NCBI GenBank assembly: GCA_043797665.1
Contig: JAZDPL010000073.1
Coordinates: forward strand, 1 to 64,000
Direction of reading: 5' to 3'
DNA: 64,000 nucleotides
Origin: Candidatus Omnitrophota bacterium
GTDB lineage: Bacteria; Ratteibacteria; UBA8468; MWAK01
A model generated the notes under the pieces. It did not search any database and was not told where the DNA came from. It saw only the letters and a list, made by a program, of their open reading frames with translations. How positions within the stretch are numbered: the first letter of the stretch is position 1; each line of letters begins with the position of its first letter. The position numbers and the translations under genes were made by a program. Of this stretch, positions 11,238 to 20,640 are shown in pieces.

Positions 11238-11395
11238 ATTTCTCCTTTCCGTTTTCTGCGGTTTGTTGTTCTTTAAAGAATGCAGATGCTTTCTATTATA
11301 CACCGCTTCAATGAAATAGGGAATTCTTTTATTGAGAAGAATATCTGTGGTATAATTAAAAAATAGAATTAAGAAAAGAAAGGAGGAGGAGCACG

Positions 11396-11524
11396 ATGGG
11401 AACAATTTTGATAAAAGGCGCCGTTAAGAGAAAGCCCGGTTGTATGTACTACGTTGACGGCAAGGGAAATCTGTGTGAAGCGAAGATGGCCAGGGGCGCA
11501 AAAAAGAAGAAGGCGAAAAAGTAA
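11396..11524 (+). CDS. Small basic Lys-rich protein (42 aa), not in the ORF track
   Basis: MGTILIKGAVKRKPGCMYYVDGKGNLCEAKMARGAKKKKAKK; strong SD AGGAGGAGG; extended -10 TGGTATAAT at 11348-11356. Confidence 0.8.
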   Translation: MGTILIKGAVKRKPGCMYYVDGKGNLCEAKMARGAKKKKAKK

Positions 11525-11635
11525 CGAGAGATAGCGCGAAGGATTAGATATCGAAGGTCAGCAGGTAGAAAATGGCTCTTATTTTTGGGAGTACATTATT
11601 CGATGTGAATATATTTGTGTTTTTTTCTCGGTGAT

Positions 11636-12115
11636 TTACCCTTTTATCCGGTAGGTTTGAATGACCTCGTTAGCCAGAAGAGAAATGGCGATGGTCTTTA
11701 CTTCGGAAGGAGTAAGTTTCTTTCCGTAAAGAAAGTAGCGTCGTCCGGTAGATGCCTGCCGGACGCCTTTTATCCCCAGGTCCTGTAACCCTTTCAGCGC
11801 GGTTTCACCCACGGTATCGGTAACCCCCTCCTTAAACCAGACCTCTACCGCAACCGCTTCTTTTGGCCGCTTCCTCTGACCGACGTAAAAGACCTGGGTA
11901 ACCGGGTCAACTAAGAGTTCCCGGGCAATCAGTTCCAATTGGGTATGCCTCCGGCTGAGAGACCGGGAAAGGGTTCCTTTGACGAAATAAACGGCGCCGA
12001 CCTCAACCGCCTGGACGCTCTTAATACCCAGGTCCGCTATATCGCCGGATAAGCCGGAAGCGGTGGCGTTAAAGACGCCTTTCTGGTACCAGACCTCAAT
12101 CCGATGCGTTTCCAT
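11636..12115 (-). CDS. purS: Tandem PurS-like domain protein (FGAM synthase subunit PurS-like)
   Basis: Two repeats ending ELLVDPVTQ and LLANEVIQTY; VEVWFKEGVTDTVG. Confidence 0.6.
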   Translation of the reverse strand: METHRIEVWYQKGVFNATASGLSGDIADLGIKSVQAVEVGAVYFVKGTLSRSLSRRHTQLELIARELLVDPVTQVFYVGQRKRPKEAVAVEVWFKEGVTDTVGETALKGLQDLGIKGVRQASTGRRYFLYGKKLTPSEVKTIAISLLANEVIQTYRIKG

Positions 12116-12129
12116 ATTTATAGGGTCAT

Positions 12130-12936
12130 CTATGGTTTATCATAATTTGTGGTATCCGTCCTGATTATTTTAGGAATTGGTCTTCCCAAAAACGAGACCG
12201 CCACTTTCCGGAAGTTAGGTGTCACATCCGAAAGATATATCTTCAGACTTCCGGCACTTTTTTGTTTTCCGTTCTCTTCTTTTAAAAAAGGTATCAGTTC
12301 CCTGGCTACTTCTTCTGAAGGGTCAACCAGACGTACTTCTGGTCCTAAAAACCGGGCAATCGCCTTTTTGAGTAAAGGGTAATGGGTACAGGCTAAGATT
12401 AAAGTGTCAACCTTCTCCTTTTTAAAAGGCATTAAATAATGGCTGATTACCATCTCGGTGATTGGGCTTGAGAGCATGCCCTCCTCTACCAGCGGAACGA
12501 AGAGCGGGCAGGCGATACTATGCACCCTGAGTTCAGGATTTCGTTTATGTATCTCTTTTTGATAGGCATTACTTTTGATGGTGGCGATAGTGCCGATGAC
12601 ACCGATAATTCCCTTTTTGGTTTGCCGGAGTGCTGCGGTGACCGCCGGGGTTAAGACGCCTAACAGAGGAGTTGAGAACTCTTTCTTTAAGTTCTTTAGC
12701 GCCAAAGCGCTGGCGGTATGGCAGGCGACGACCACCACCTCCGGTTTAAAGGTCAGCAGGAATCTGGTATTCTGCCGGGCAAAGAGGTTGACCGTTTCCG
12801 GAGATTTGTTACCGTAGGGAAGTCGGGCGGTATCACCAAAGTAGATGATATGGGTTTGGGAATAGGCGTGCTGGATATTGAAGACGACGGTGAGTCCGCC
12901 CAGTCCGGAGTCGAAGACGCCAATCGTTTTACTCAT
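12130..12936 (-). CDS. murI: Glutamate racemase
   Basis: IGVFDSGLGGLTV, GDTARLPYG, VACHTAS, LACTHYP. Confidence 0.97.
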   Translation of the reverse strand: MSKTIGVFDSGLGGLTVVFNIQHAYSQTHIIYFGDTARLPYGNKSPETVNLFARQNTRFLLTFKPEVVVVACHTASALALKNLKKEFSTPLLGVLTPAVTAALRQTKKGIIGVIGTIATIKSNAYQKEIHKRNPELRVHSIACPLFVPLVEEGMLSSPITEMVISHYLMPFKKEKVDTLILACTHYPLLKKAIARFLGPEVRLVDPSEEVARELIPFLKEENGKQKSAGSLKIYLSDVTPNFRKVAVSFLGRPIPKIIRTDTTNYDKP

Positions 12937-14110
12937 TGACCGGTTCCTCGGTTACGCTGGTGTCCACCGTGACTCTCTCCTTCAGAGGCTGGCCGTCCAG
13001 ATAGGCGATGATTCCGTCTCCGATGGCCTCCGCAATCGCCTGACGCACTTCCGGGATGCGCAGGTTTGCCTCAATATTGGGGTTGCAGATGAAACCCACC
13101 TCCACCAGGACCGAGACCATACAGGTATACTTCAAGACATAAAAATTTTTGCGCTTTACGCCCCGGTCCGGGGTAATCAACCGGTCCGCCAATTTTTCCT
13201 GAACAAGAGAAGCCAGATACTGGCTCTTCTGGAGTACGGTATAAGGCACGGTTTCCTTTAAAATATCGGATATTTCGTCGTCAGGATTGGTTACACAGGC
13301 AAAGACGGTCGGTTTAAAGGTCGGGCTGTAAGTTTCAAAGCCATCTGCAGTGTAGCGGTTATGCCGGGCAGAGTTGGTGTGGATGGAAACAAAGAAATCC
13401 GCGCCCAACTGATTGGCAATTTCAGCGCGATCAGGCAAAGGAATAAAAGTGTCATCTTTACGGGTCATAACCACCTTCAATTTCGGCCGGTGTCTCTTCA
13501 GATATTCAGATAAGCGCAGAACCAGATCAAGGTTGACGTCTTTTTCCTGAAGCCCCCAGGGTCCGATAGCACCCTTATCCTCTCCGCCGTGACCTGCGTC
13601 AAGGACCAGGGTAATCGCATTGCCGGCTTTTTTAGAAACGCCGGCCAGAATTTCAACGATTCCCGGCGGCGGGGCCGGTTCAGTTTTAGGAGGCTCTTCG
13701 GTTGTGGTGGTGGGAACCGGTTGAAACGAAGGGATAAAGGCAACGCTGGCGATGAGGGAAGCAAAGTCATAAGGAATAGCTTCCACTCCGGCGATTATCC
13801 GGGTCGGCTGGTTCATTTCATTTAGCGCATCGTCGTAAAGCACCTTCTTGCTTCCGGGTAAGACCACCAACTTGTGGTTGCCAAAAGAAATCTCCGCGCG
13901 TCGGCTGAGCACGTCCCGGTTAATCGTACCCTTAAAGAGGAAAGCCAGGTCCGGAAGAGTGATCCAGTTTTCTCCGGAGAGGCGATAGATTGGGATATTG
14001 GTTGCCTGAACCCTCTGGTCCAACGAAACATCCTCGGTACAAGCGGTTGTGGCGAGGGCAGCCAAAAGGAGGAAAAATGTTGCTGCAGAAAGGAGTTTCC
14101 TTTGTCGCAA
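12929..14110 (-). CDS. N-acetylmuramoyl-L-alanine amidase (Amidase_3)
   Basis: VLDAGHGGED, EKDVNL, FVSIHTNS, VLVEVGF; probable TTG start before the signal peptide (LRQRKLLSAATFFLLL). The longer ORF to 14416 runs through a MITE. Confidence 0.88.
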   Translation of the reverse strand: MRQRKLLSAATFFLLLAALATTACTEDVSLDQRVQATNIPIYRLSGENWITLPDLAFLFKGTINRDVLSRRAEISFGNHKLVVLPGSKKVLYDDALNEMNQPTRIIAGVEAIPYDFASLIASVAFIPSFQPVPTTTTEEPPKTEPAPPPGIVEILAGVSKKAGNAITLVLDAGHGGEDKGAIGPWGLQEKDVNLDLVLRLSEYLKRHRPKLKVVMTRKDDTFIPLPDRAEIANQLGADFFVSIHTNSARHNRYTADGFETYSPTFKPTVFACVTNPDDEISDILKETVPYTVLQKSQYLASLVQEKLADRLITPDRGVKRKNFYVLKYTCMVSVLVEVGFICNPNIEANLRIPEVRQAIAEAIGDGIIAYLDGQPLKERVTVDTSVTEEPVNE

Positions 14111-14117
14111 AGCCTTG

Positions 14118-14420
14118 GGGGTTGATGCATAATAAAGTTGACTATTTGGAGTCCTAGATTTGAGGTCAGTGCAAGGCGCGACACGGGTCCCCTTGTCATA
14201 GGATTGACAAGGGAAGGTTCTGTGCCCACTGTGGCACATAACCGAGGAGCAACGCCGAAATGGCCCAAAGATGGGACTCTCCGAAGGACCAGGTCGCTTT
14301 TGGGCTGCGACTGTGTCGCTCATCGCTTGCGTAGTGCTGTGACTACGCCAGCTTCTTCGCTCCTTGTCTCGCTCCAAAATCGCCTTTGGCAAATAGTTAA
14401 CTTTATTATGCATCAACCCC
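14118..14420. mobile_element. MITE, 303 bp, with 31-bp terminal inverted repeats
   Basis: GGGGTTGATGCATAATAAAGTTGACTATTTG (14118-14148) matches the reverse complement of 14390-14420 with 1 mismatch; flanks TTG/TTA; no transposase. Confidence 0.85.
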
Positions 14421-14427
14421 TTACATT

Positions 14428-14457
14428 ATTTTAACCAACCACCGCGTGTTTAGTCAA
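14428..14457 (-). promoter_or_regulatory. sigma70 promoter for amidase-murI-purS
   Basis: TTGACT, 18 nt, TAAAAT on the minus strand. Confidence 0.6.
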
Positions 14458-14462
14458 ATTTT

Positions 14463-14492
14463 TTGACATTAGGGATATCTCCCCGCTATAAT
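14463..14492 (+). promoter_or_regulatory. sigma70 promoter for tRNA-Cys/Gly
   Basis: Consensus TTGACA, 18 nt, TATAAT, 11 nt before the tRNA. Confidence 0.85.
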
Positions 14493-14503
14493 TTATAAGA
14501 TAC

Positions 14504-14575
14504 GGCGGCATAGCCAAGCGGAAAGGCAGCGGTCTGCAAAACCGCTATTCCCCGGTTCGAATCCGGGTGCCGCCT
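14504..14575 (+). tRNA. tRNA-Cys(GCA)
   Basis: Cloverleaf; anticodon arm GCGGT-CTGCAAA-ACCGC; GGTTCGAATCC. Confidence 0.96.
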
Positions 14576-14770
14576 CTTTTGCGGAACACGGATTCGCAAA
14601 GGGTGCAGGGAAAAAGGCTTTCCCTGCGTAGTTTGTAGTGGGGGTAGGTTATTCGGAAGGGGAAACACCCCTTCCGAAAACGAGCGGAGGCAGCGTTTAC
14701 CGGTTGTAGCGGTTGAGCTATAACCGGTGTTGCCGGAGCGAAGTGAATCCGGGTGCCGCCTCTTTTGCGG
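14559..14770. mobile_element. 186-bp non-coding insert bounded by a 26-bp direct repeat of the tRNA-Cys 3' end
   Basis: GAATCCGGGTGCCGCCTCTTTTGCGG at 14559-14584 and 14745-14770; three internal hairpins. Confidence 0.7.
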
Positions 14771-14838
14771 GAGTAACTCAGTGGTAGAGTACGACCTTCC
14801 CAAGGTCGGAGTCGCGGGTTCGAATCCCGTTTCCCGCT
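14767..14838 (+). tRNA. tRNA-Gly(CCC)
   Basis: Cloverleaf; CGACC-TTCCCAA-GGTCG. Confidence 0.96.
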
Positions 14839-15064
14839 CCGGAAGTCTTTCTTGTTAGGGATTCGAAGGGAGACCGTTTACTTGGCTCAGCAGTTTATTC
14901 TTGCGGCAAAAATAAAGGGATAAAAATAATTCTGCCAGGCTTTATCTGAAGATTGGTATTGATTATCAAAGACAAAAAAGTCAGCCAGCATTTCACGCAG
15001 GCGGGTTAATTCTTTATGTATAACTTTCATTTTGGTTTTCAACCGCCTTTTCGGCGGGCGAAGG

Positions 15065-15151
15065 CGGAGAGGGTGGGATTTGAACCCACGAGGCGATAAA
15101 TCGCCTACCGGTTTTCGAGACCGGCCCTTTCATCCGCTCAGGCACCTCTCC
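15065..15151 (-). tRNA. tRNA-Ser(CGA)
   Basis: Cloverleaf with long variable arm; CCGGT-CTCGAAA-ACCGG. Confidence 0.95.
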
Positions 15152-15162
15152 TACTTTTCGCT

Positions 15163-15957
15163 TCAAGGGGTATCCGAAAACCCTTTCAGTTGGTCCTTAA
15201 CCAGTTCGGTCACATCCATTACCGCGCCCCCCTTAGTCACCTTGAAGGTAAAGAGTTCCGGAGAAAATGCCGGTTCCGGGTTGATAGTACCAAACCGTAA
15301 GAAGGCAGATGGATTCTCTCCTTTCGCATAGAACTCAAACATTTCAGGGAAGAGGGAGGTTTTATTGACCCAGACCACAACCCTCTGGAAAGGCAAAGGT
15401 ACAGGAATAGAAAAATTCATTCCCGGAACGACCATTTCCTGGATGAACTGACCGACATCCCTGGTTTCCAAGAGATAATATTCAATCTCCTGGAGAGTTT
15501 TTTCGCTCAATTGATAAGAGACCGCCGGAATATTACCGATAATCTTTGGAAGAGCAATGCCCTTAATCTCGTTCCCCAGGACAGAATAATTGATTTTGAA
15601 GATACTGTCCGGGCTTGAGAGCCACAGTGTTTTTCCATCAAAAATGCAGAGTCCCTTGTTCGGTTCACCAGGCTTATCTTCATTCCCTGCAGAAGAAGAC
15701 GGCAGGTCCACTTCTATTCGGAAAAGCCGGCCTTTTTGCCAGTATGTGCCGTCTACGTTCATCGGAGTTCCGGACATAGTTGTTCCGACCGTCAGGTCAG
15801 CCTGCAGGTTCTCAGTATTAACCCACCTTTCTGTTATCTGGTGTACCAAATCTTCCGGCGTAATGCTTTCCCCGAAAGCCCAACCGCAAATCCCCAGGAA
15901 AAGCAAGATAGCCATCATCCCGCCACCCCAAACCTTCTTTCTCTTTATCAAATGCAT
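15163..15957 (-). CDS. LolA-like outer-membrane lipoprotein carrier fold protein
   Basis: Signal peptide; LQADL, FRIEV, IFDGKTLW, VWVNKTSLFP, FSPELFTFKV. Confidence 0.6.
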   Translation of the reverse strand: MHLIKRKKVWGGGMMAILLFLGICGWAFGESITPEDLVHQITERWVNTENLQADLTVGTTMSGTPMNVDGTYWQKGRLFRIEVDLPSSSAGNEDKPGEPNKGLCIFDGKTLWLSSPDSIFKINYSVLGNEIKGIALPKIIGNIPAVSYQLSEKTLQEIEYYLLETRDVGQFIQEMVVPGMNFSIPVPLPFQRVVVWVNKTSLFPEMFEFYAKGENPSAFLRFGTINPEPAFSPELFTFKVTKGGAVMDVTELVKDQLKGFSDTP

Positions 15958-15980
15958 AAATACCTCCGGGTTACATTCTG

Positions 15981-16054
15981 CGCGCCCAAGTGGAGTCGAA
16001 CCACCAGCCTTCAGATCCGCAATCTGACGCTCTATCCAGTTGAGCTATGGGCGC
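15981..16054 (-). tRNA. tRNA-Arg(GCG)
   Basis: GCGCCCATAGCTCAACTGGATAGAGC; anticodon arm TCAGA-TTGCGGA-TCTGA. Confidence 0.93.
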
Positions 16055-16100
16055 GTGTGCAAGCCTAATTTTATCTACCACCAGACCGATTGCCGTTTTG

Positions 16101-16185
16101 TGCCGGGAGGGGGATTTGAACCCCCACGCCCCTCTCGAGACAAAGGATTTTAAGTCCTTTGCGTCTGCCATTCCGCCATCCCGGC
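16101..16185 (-). tRNA. tRNA-Leu(TAA)
   Basis: Cloverleaf with variable arm; AAGGA-CTTAAAA-TCCTT. Confidence 0.95.
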
Positions 16186-16189
16186 AATG

Positions 16190-16242
16190 GTAGCGGTGCG
16201 ATTTATCGCACTTCTAAAAGGTCGCATAAATGCGACCGCCAC
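16190..16242. repeat. REP-like doublet, family B (GTAGCGGTGCGATTTATCGCAC)
   Basis: GTAG foot plus hairpin; other copies at 37818, 55853, 57976 and 59075. Confidence 0.8.
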
Positions 16243-16464
16243 ACTCCATATTTTAACATATCCGCTTCGTCTATGAAAGTAGGTTCCGGTGTTCCAATTA
16301 CGTCTATCCGCTGGGATGCCTTATCATTTAGACTACAAAAAGAAAAAGCAGTTGAATTGTAGGGTAAGAATTATAGACATTTTGTCTGATAGTTTCGGAC
16401 AAAAAAGATTGGAAGGGGACGGTGGGTCTCTTGCGCCAAAAAGTTGAAAAGCGTTAGACGGTGT

Positions 16465-17253
16465 TCACTGAATATTTACATTTCCCAACTTTGACACTTC
16501 TTCTGCCGTCAGAGGCCTTTTATAGATTTTGATTTCATCCAAAACCGCCTGGTCAGAAACTTCGCCGTCAGGAGTGCCGACAATGAATTGCCTGTCAAGT
16601 AACTCTTCCGGCGAAATGCTCCCCGGCGGCAGGGAGATCTTCCCTGCAGTTTTGCCATCCAGGTACAGCTCAAAGTCCGTCCGGTTTATATTCAGTACTA
16701 CGTGATGCCATTCCCCTTCATTCCATTTCGCTGTATTTGCCTGAATTCCCATGCCCTTTCCGGGGATTTTCTGAAGACACTGGAAATGGCTAACCCAGGC
16801 CAAGAGTATCGGAGCCGTTGCTCCACTGGCAGTTCCTATTTTCTCGATTCCTAAGTAGCCTTTTTCGGAAGCGCTCGTCATCCAGAATTTCAGGTGGAGT
16901 TTGGGCAATTCTTCGGGATTTTTACTCCACTTCAAAGGCTTCACCCAGCAACTGATTGTGCCTTGCCGTATGTCAAAATTTTCTTTTAAATCATAGGTGA
17001 GTTGACTGCCACCGGATCCAATGAGCAAACCTTTTCCATGCAATCCCTCTACCAGATTGAGGATTCCTTTTGAGGCTATCAGCTTGGGATTACCGATCGC
17101 CATATCCGCCTCAAAGGTGCTGTCCCCGAAGCCGAGAGAGAAAATCAGATCTTCATTTGCCACGTCTTCCTGACATGAGAGTCTCCCTGTCTGCAAGAAG
17201 ACCGCTATGGTAATACTCATAAACCAAACTGTCAACATCTTTTTGGTTCTCAT
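16465..17253 (-). CDS. LamG/concanavalin A-like lectin domain protein
   Basis: GTISCWVKP, GEWHHVV, LYLDG, LDEIKIYKRPLTAEEV. Confidence 0.85.
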   Translation of the reverse strand: MRTKKMLTVWFMSITIAVFLQTGRLSCQEDVANEDLIFSLGFGDSTFEADMAIGNPKLIASKGILNLVEGLHGKGLLIGSGGSQLTYDLKENFDIRQGTISCWVKPLKWSKNPEELPKLHLKFWMTSASEKGYLGIEKIGTASGATAPILLAWVSHFQCLQKIPGKGMGIQANTAKWNEGEWHHVVLNINRTDFELYLDGKTAGKISLPPGSISPEELLDRQFIVGTPDGEVSDQAVLDEIKIYKRPLTAEEVSKLGNVNIQ

Positions 17254-17264
17254 CCGACGCCTCC

Positions 17265-20200
17265 TCATTTTTTTGACGAAATCACCACCAGTTTAAAATC
17301 ATGTCTGGGTATTTCTATGCTCATTTTTCCTGATCGGAGTTGAGCAATTTCACCGCCTGTTACTGCATCCCGACATACCGGTTCGGCATCCGTCATTTTC
17401 AGCTTGTCCAGATTGAACCGGACATCTACGTTCGTAGTGTCAACGCCGGTATTGGAAATGATGGCGAGGATTTTTCCGGGTCGCTCGTAGAAACTGACTT
17501 TGACATCCGGTACCGAGGTGCTTACAACATCTGCATTGGTCCAATACGGCCGGAATGCGCTGTCGCTTTTCGCGTAGCCAAATCGCATAAGTGCAAGATA
17601 CGTGTCGTTCCACTGTTGGATATTCGGGTATCCGGGACTTATCCATTCTTTGATGCCGTGGAGCAGTGTTACGGACAGATGACTGCGTGTCAGCGAGCCG
17701 TCTGGATCGGGTATACGCATGCCATAGAGAAAAAACGGCACCAATCCTGCTTGAATACCTGTACTCTCCGCTCGTAAAAATTCCAGGGGAAATGAGTAAA
17801 TGCTATCTTTTTCCCTGGTATCGCTGTAATTCATTTCCCCGTCAAGTTGGAACTGAGCGAAAGAAAAAGCAGGAATAACCAGGCTGTTGGTCATATGCAG
17901 GATAATTAAGGAGTCCTTTCCATTAAGATAGAAAATCTGAGCAAGTCTTTTTATGTATTCCCGCTCAGCGAAAAGAGCGCAATTGGGCTGGAGCTGTCCG
18001 TCTTCACGAACATAGGCGTGTTCTCCTACCGTATCCAGGGAACATACCGGGTAGGTATTATCTATGTAAATACCGTCCACTCCGCCTTCCCTGATAAGTT
18101 TATCCAGGTACCAGCAATAGAAATCTATGACGCTTCCAGAAGGATATATGCCGACACAGTTGTCGTATTCCCGTTCACTGTAAGTTTGCATCTGCACAGG
18201 TTTTGATGTCCATTCATCCCAGAAGTATCTTAACTCCGGCAGGTTTGAGCGCAAACCGACCCGATTGGTATAGGTGCCGAACTTGTCATAGCCGGAATAC
18301 AGGTTAAGAACCTCCTTTTTTCTCTGGTGGACATATGCGTAATTCTTGTCTTCGGGATACACATCACCGAAACTGCTCGGAGTATTACCCCAAAGTCTTG
18401 AGCCGGTGTCGATCCAGGTTTTCGTCCATTCTTTTGTCTGTTCAGCGGGAGGAAAAGGAAAGTAGAAACCGAAGAACTGTTTACGCCATCCTTGAAGCTG
18501 GGGTTTGACCGGCGTTGCCTGAAGAGCGAAGACGATCTCGCGCTCAACCTGGTTCGGGAAAGGTCCGCTCATGAGATTAACGAGCAGGTTCACCTGTCCC
18601 TTTTTTCTCACAATCTCAATTGCCGGGACCTGATCGCTGACTATCCAGCCTTTGTCCCAATCGGCCATCCAGCAGATGCCGCCTCGCATCTCGTCCCCGA
18701 CCCAGATGTAAGGAATAAAAGTACCTGCCAGCCCGGTGCGGCCGATTTGAATACTCGACCACACTCGGTCTTTCCCGAGGGGAACATACCCGGAATAGTT
18801 GCTTCGAATAAAGTCTCCGCAAGCATGCATAAGGGTTGCATATTCTTCCTTAAGAGGTATTTCCAAAAAGAGTCTGTCCACTGGTTTGCGCCCCGGAGAA
18901 AGCCTGAGGATGATTTTCATCATTCCGTCGTATTCAATAATCGATTCGGCCGTTACGTCAACAGCGGGGGTCCTGGCCTGAGATGTTATCGTCACTTCGT
19001 GCTCTTCAGTCTTTACAAACGTAGAACGTAAAAATTCCCATTTTTCTTCACTTCCGCCGCTGAAAGAACGCATTTTTACCGGTCCCGCGAGGATGTTTGT
19101 TCCCTGCGCGACCACTTTGTCCCACAGACCATATCCGTTCATGTGATATGCTCTACCCCAACATGATACTACTTTCCCCTTTACTTCCAGTGGAGTAAAA
19201 GGTGGGAGTATCTTGTTCGTTTTTCCCAAAGAATTTCCCTCCCATTCCCAGCGTGTCTTGGAAAACTCCGACACGACGGTTTGGAGAGGAATGTTTCCAT
19301 CCTCATAGAGAGAAGCCGACACTTCATAGGTTCCTTCAGCCAACGGCTTGAGGTTCAAAACCTGTTCGCCGAAACAATCTTTAAATTCCGTCAGAAGCGC
19401 CGAACCCAATATTTTTTTCTGCCCGCTCGGTTTAACGTCAATGGAAATCTTCTTCACTTTTTCCGCAACGGAATAGCGCAGGAAATCAACCGAAACTTTC
19501 AACCGGTCTAAAGAGGGATAAAAACTGGTTTTTAGGAGGACCGCCTTTTCCGAAGTATCCTCGCTTTCCCATTTCTTCCGTGTTTCCTCTGGTCCAAACG
19601 GTATCGTCTGGGCATAGTAGGTGTTTTCACCTTCGGCATCTTCCACGGAAATTGCAAGACGGTTGGTTTCCATCCGGGGGAAGCCATCTTCCTTAAGCAA
19701 CAATTCCTTCCGTTGCCCCGGCAGGAGAGTGAAGGTTTCTCGAACGTTTCTCTCTTTTCCGGCATCAAGCGCCACGCTCGCTTTCAGGTTCAGGCTTTCG
19801 GCGGTAGTGTTACTGATTCTGAGCAGGACATGTGCTTTGCCCCCGGACAAATTCCCAAGCGAAAGCACTTGGACCACCGGCGATTTTTCCGCAAAGATCA
19901 CCTGTGCCATTCTCCCGGTCTGACTGAAGGAATCAGTATGCGACCAACTACAGAAAGTGCTCGGCCCTTTCCAGTCACGGCACAGGTTTATTCCCCAGGT
20001 TCCCCCCGAAATTTTTTTGTCCGTCAACGCATCAATTGACACGCTTCCCTCGAAAAACCACCAGCCATCTTTCACTCTGCTGTTAAAATTCCATTTGTCA
20101 TACCCACCCAAGAAAGATTGTCCGATATCAGGATCGAATGTCTGGCCGAAACAACCCCCGATGCTGTTCGCCGCAAACTGATAATAGCGTCCTTTCACAG

Positions 20201-20636
20201 CCTTCTCTCCAAACCCCGGGTTGAGCCAGACCTCAACCGCATCGTCAATCCAGACCTCCCCCCCTTCTTTTCTTATCCGGCTGAGCAATCTGCCGGTCGG
20301 AGGAGTTTCAGATTTAAAGGCAAAATAAAGCCTGCTGCTATCATAGGTCAGCCAGAAGTTTACCTGCCGCGGCTCAATGTATCCTTTGGAACCCGCGAGA
20401 ACCATGCCTGTCCCGCAAAAGGCCTCGTCCCATTCCCCGGCACTGAATATTCCGTCAATAACCGGTGCTTGGTGGCACGGCGGGATTTTAAGGAGGGGTA
20501 CAGGGGTGACATTCGCGCATATCCCTGATTTTGCGATCAAAAATGAAAATGCCATAATCATTCCGATATACCGGTGTCGTAATTTTACTTTTGGAAGAGC
20601 AACGAAAGATTTTCTGCCGGAGTACATAGATTTCAC
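17265..20636 (-). CDS. Large secreted putative glycoside hydrolase (CBM9-like plus DUF6067/GH123-like)
   Basis: PVIDGIFSAGEW, DDAVEVWL, WGINLCR; IEYDGMM, LQATPVKP, VDGIYIDN, FRPYW. Confidence 0.65.
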   Translation of the reverse strand: MKSMYSGRKSFVALPKVKLRHRYIGMIMAFSFLIAKSGICANVTPVPLLKIPPCHQAPVIDGIFSAGEWDEAFCGTGMVLAGSKGYIEPRQVNFWLTYDSSRLYFAFKSETPPTGRLLSRIRKEGGEVWIDDAVEVWLNPGFGEKAVKGRYYQFAANSIGGCFGQTFDPDIGQSFLGGYDKWNFNSRVKDGWWFFEGSVSIDALTDKKISGGTWGINLCRDWKGPSTFCSWSHTDSFSQTGRMAQVIFAEKSPVVQVLSLGNLSGGKAHVLLRISNTTAESLNLKASVALDAGKERNVRETFTLLPGQRKELLLKEDGFPRMETNRLAISVEDAEGENTYYAQTIPFGPEETRKKWESEDTSEKAVLLKTSFYPSLDRLKVSVDFLRYSVAEKVKKISIDVKPSGQKKILGSALLTEFKDCFGEQVLNLKPLAEGTYEVSASLYEDGNIPLQTVVSEFSKTRWEWEGNSLGKTNKILPPFTPLEVKGKVVSCWGRAYHMNGYGLWDKVVAQGTNILAGPVKMRSFSGGSEEKWEFLRSTFVKTEEHEVTITSQARTPAVDVTAESIIEYDGMMKIILRLSPGRKPVDRLFLEIPLKEEYATLMHACGDFIRSNYSGYVPLGKDRVWSSIQIGRTGLAGTFIPYIWVGDEMRGGICWMADWDKGWIVSDQVPAIEIVRKKGQVNLLVNLMSGPFPNQVEREIVFALQATPVKPQLQGWRKQFFGFYFPFPPAEQTKEWTKTWIDTGSRLWGNTPSSFGDVYPEDKNYAYVHQRKKEVLNLYSGYDKFGTYTNRVGLRSNLPELRYFWDEWTSKPVQMQTYSEREYDNCVGIYPSGSVIDFYCWYLDKLIREGGVDGIYIDNTYPVCSLDTVGEHAYVREDGQLQPNCALFAEREYIKRLAQIFYLNGKDSLIILHMTNSLVIPAFSFAQFQLDGEMNYSDTREKDSIYSFPLEFLRAESTGIQAGLVPFFLYGMRIPDPDGSLTRSHLSVTLLHGIKEWISPGYPNIQQWNDTYLALMRFGYAKSDSAFRPYWTNADVVSTSVPDVKVSFYERPGKILAIISNTGVDTTNVDVRFNLDKLKMTDAEPVCRDAVTGGEIAQLRSGKMSIEIPRHDFKLVVISSKK

Positions 20637-20640
20637 GGTC

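Noticed and set aside
14111..14416. 102-aa N-terminal domain of the amidase in the ORF track
   Set aside because: It coincides with the MITE and precedes a normal signal peptide, so it is not treated as a conserved domain.
14887..15030. 47-codon minus-strand ORF between tRNA-Gly and tRNA-Ser
   Set aside because: Looks protein-like and may be a gene fragment, but it has no SD and I cannot assign a family.
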